Source: a virus (Duplodnaviria > Caudoviricetes). Taken from it: a stretch of 25,657 bases of DNA. The position numbers and the translations under genes are program-made. How positions within the stretch are numbered: position 1 is the first letter of the stretch; the number at the start of each line of letters is the position of its first letter. The notes under the pieces were generated by a model, which saw only the letters and a program-made list of their open reading frames with translations, searched no databases and had not been told where the DNA came from. The stretch lies in IMG/VR virus record IMGVR_UViG_3300046009_005703, positions 1 to 25,657 of that record; one strand, written 5' to 3'. Positions 23,323 through 25,657 of the stretch are shown here, in pieces.

Positions 23323-23348
23323 GACAACTTAATCGCACTGTGTATAAT
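23321..23348 (+). promoter_or_regulatory. sigma70-type promoter
   Basis: TTGACA-16-TATAAT; spacer unlike the repeat family. Confidence 0.7.
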
Positions 23349-23382
23349 CATAGTGTAGCTATGAAAAATATAGGATTATATC

Positions 23383-23967
23383 ATGACTGACTACAAAACA
23401 ATCATCAAGGCAAAAACTGAATGGACTCCGCTCAACCAAATGCCTATGGGTAGGGGTCCTATCGTAAAAAGTATGTGTCAAAAATATAATGTTGAAGGAC
23501 ACGGAGTATATCAACTTGCTTTGAAATCTGATCTACCTATTGATGACATTGTGCATAAAAGTATCGGTTATACTGGTATGAGTTCTTATGTATTCAGTCG
23601 TGTTACGGGGATTAAAAACGGAAAACATAACGCAGGTAAAATGCTCATTCGTCAAGGTTTGAAGCATGATGATGTTATGATCCGTTATCTCTTCACTGAT
23701 GATCAATCCTATCAACTTCTTGAAACATTGATTCATACGGAATCTGTTCAACAGTTCGGATACACATTCAAATGGCGTAATGCGTCTGGCGGAACTGACG
23801 GTATCTCGACACGCATTCTTACTGATATTGATAAAGTAGAACACGCGGGCGAACTCGTGATGATTATCAAAAAAGCAGAAGAACGGTTTGGGCAACTCGC
23901 ACTCGCTGCCGCTAAAGATGGCGTAATGAAAGATTTTGTCGCTGATTACTTTTCTGAGGATGAATGA
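23383..23967 (+). CDS. GIY-YIG-like protein (putative endonuclease)
   Basis: HGVYQL...IGYTGMS...SR...LETLIH fits a degenerate GIY-YIG pattern. Confidence 0.55.
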   Translation: MTDYKTIIKAKTEWTPLNQMPMGRGPIVKSMCQKYNVEGHGVYQLALKSDLPIDDIVHKSIGYTGMSSYVFSRVTGIKNGKHNAGKMLIRQGLKHDDVMIRYLFTDDQSYQLLETLIHTESVQQFGYTFKWRNASGGTDGISTRILTDIDKVEHAGELVMIIKKAEERFGQLALAAAKDGVMKDFVADYFSEDE

Positions 23968-24536
23968 TGCAACTGCAATCTAATCGCTTTTTCTACAAAT
24001 TCCATGATTTCCTTGCATTGAATTTTCTCAATGAAACTACGTGGCTAGGAGGCGGCGCACTTCGTGCCGCTCTTGCAGATGACGAAGAAGTCGTTGACTA
24101 TGACTTGTTCTTTCATAGTTTACTTGATGCAGCAAAGGTTGAAGTCGAACTTGAGTCTCTTGGTGCAGAAACTATCTTCAAATGTCCCGAAGGTAAGTTG
24201 ACGACCATGAAATACAACGGAATGAAAATTCAGTTGATCACAGAGTTCTTCTATGTTAATATGGAAGAGTGCATTAACTCGTTTGACATTAACGCATGTC
24301 GGTTTATTACTGATGGCATTAACGTTCATACTAAGTATTCTGCGGTTCGTGACGTGCTGAAAAAGCAAATTACGCTCAATCGGGTTGATTTTCCTACTTC
24401 GACCATGCTTCGTGTTGCAAAATATGCGAAAAAAGGTTACAAACTCAAGTCGACTACGGCAAAAAACTTTGTAGAAGAGATTTGGCAACGCGGAAAAGAC
24501 AACCTTGACATTGACATGAGGGTTTATATTGACTAA
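23964..24536 (+). CDS. nucleotidyltransferase, poly(A) polymerase/CCA head-like
   Basis: LGGGALR, VDYDLFF, IQLI, FDINAC, R..KY.KKGY. Confidence 0.8.
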   Translation: MMQLQSNRFFYKFHDFLALNFLNETTWLGGGALRAALADDEEVVDYDLFFHSLLDAAKVEVELESLGAETIFKCPEGKLTTMKYNGMKIQLITEFFYVNMEECINSFDINACRFITDGINVHTKYSAVRDVLKKQITLNRVDFPTSTMLRVAKYAKKGYKLKSTTAKNFVEEIWQRGKDNLDIDMRVYID

Positions 24537-25038
24537 ATATCTGGTTTTTCTTGACATTGATGGGGTTTTTACCTCGACTCGGGTGCAATATTCCTCGGGT
24601 ATCAATGAAATGTGGTCAATTTTTGACCCAGTTGCGATTAATTTCATGAATTTGATCCATGATAAGTTCGATGATGTTGAATTTGTCCTGATTTCGACAT
24701 GGAAGAATCATCTTTTTACGGGAGATACTCAACTTTATCACTGGATTTTGTCGAGTTTTCGTAATGCTGGGTTCCGTGGGTCAATTCGTTACCCGTTGTG
24801 GAAGACGAATCCCGAAAATGATCACCGTTATACGAACCGTGCTTACGAAATCAAGGATTATCTTGAAAAAGAATGCCCTGAATACAAAGATTTCATCATT
24901 TTTGATGACAATGACTACGGTTTTGAGCAAGCATTAGGTGTTAAACGATTTGTGCAAACCGATGCTGATAACGGAATCTTATGGAAACACATGAAAAACG
25001 CAATGTCACTCATGGGAACTTGGGATCCGAAAGAATGA
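24529..25038 (+). CDS. HAD phosphatase, Swiss-Army-knife RNA-repair type
   Basis: VFLDIDGV, VLISTW, R..EIKDYL, FIIFDD, FVQTD..NGI. Confidence 0.82.
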   Translation: MTKYLVFLDIDGVFTSTRVQYSSGINEMWSIFDPVAINFMNLIHDKFDDVEFVLISTWKNHLFTGDTQLYHWILSSFRNAGFRGSIRYPLWKTNPENDHRYTNRAYEIKDYLEKECPEYKDFIIFDDNDYGFEQALGVKRFVQTDADNGILWKHMKNAMSLMGTWDPKE

Positions 25039-25190
25039 GATGGTATGACTACATTGTCTGTGTTGGTTGTGCCGATTTTATTGCTGCAAGTATTGTGAAC
25101 TACGACATATTTACTTTTATAGCTAGTGGGTGTGCATATTTGTTCTGGGAAACTTTTAGGGAATGGGAGATTCATGATGGGAAAAGGTAG
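25035..25190 (+). CDS. small hydrophobic protein
   Basis: MRWYDYIVCV...; ATGA coupling. Confidence 0.6.
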   Translation: MRWYDYIVCVGCADFIAASIVNYDIFTFIASGCAYLFWETFREWEIHDGKR

Positions 25191-25410
25191 TGCTTATATC
25201 ACTGTAGACGTTGACGTTTGTATAGATGAGTTTGATGATCAGGATCTTGTTGAAGAACTAGAGAGTCGTGGTTACACTGTTCTTACAGAAGATGACCCAT
25301 ATGAACCGTTGACAAAGCAAGAAGTATTGCTTATCATGGATAAGTTCTCGGGTGCGAAACCTGGAACTGATGAATATGAAATTTATGAAAAAATGAGGAC
25401 TCAAGTATAA
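25177..25410 (+). CDS. hypothetical acidic protein
   Basis: GGGAG SD; EFDDQDLVEELESRGY. Confidence 0.75.
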   Translation: MGKGSAYITVDVDVCIDEFDDQDLVEELESRGYTVLTEDDPYEPLTKQEVLLIMDKFSGAKPGTDEYEIYEKMRTQV

Positions 25411-25657
25411 TGGAACTAACTCGTCTCGTAGGTGACATTCACGGTATGTTTAACGACTACCGATTCTATGCTCTCGGCATCGGGCGTGAACATATGGGTC
25501 CGCCTGCGGAACGTAGTATTCAAATCGGCGACTTTGGGTTGGGGTTCGGTCGTTCAACTTTTGATACACATGTTGCAGAATGGCAAATTGAAAACCCGAC
25601 TCATCGTTTTATTCGCGGTAATCATGATAATCCTGCAGTCGTGAAAACGATGCCTCT
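25410..25657 (+). CDS. calcineurin-like metallophosphoesterase, 3' truncated (not in ORF track)
   Basis: MELTRLVGDIHG...IQIGDFGLG...FIRGNHD. Confidence 0.9.
   Translation, partial: MELTRLVGDIHGMFNDYRFYALGIGREHMGPPAERSIQIGDFGLGFGRSTFDTHVAEWQIENPTHRFIRGNHDNPAVVKTMP

Noticed and set aside
22304-23338. 344-aa minus-strand ORF
   Set aside because: Antisense shadow of the DUF932 gene.
25432-25644. 70-aa ORF in the track
   Set aside because: Wrong frame; the open frame from 25410 carries clear metallophosphoesterase motifs.

Overview
Fragment of a large T4-superfamily myophage genome, almost entirely on the + strand. An alphaproteobacterial host is plausible but is only an inference. The left end (1-4096) is an AT-rich conserved block: RNase H, an FmdB-like protein, PhoH and a PD-(D/E)XK exonuclease. 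The middle (~7650-19900) is a GC-richer hyperplastic early region built from one-gene cassettes. Most cassettes are headed by a copy of one extended promoter repeat, TTGACA-17 nt-(G/C)ATAAA-6 nt-ATGATGAAACG..GGAG; I count 22 copies on + across the window and 4 on -. In 17 copies the predicted +1 is the A of an AUG, and in 10 the -35 box doubles as the upstream stop codon. Inside the array lie a ~680-bp non-coding locus with four leftward promoters and mirrored TGCAAA repeats (origin or ncRNA candidate) and two homologous hairpin/IHF-site/hairpin elements. Further right are a HiPIP-type Fe-S protein with a T4-like capsid-targeting N-terminus, a DUF932 protein, a GIY-YIG-like protein and a nucleotidyltransferase/HAD/metallophosphoesterase cluster. 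No tRNA, rRNA, CRISPR array or integrase was seen. All product calls come from motif recognition by eye; no searches were run.
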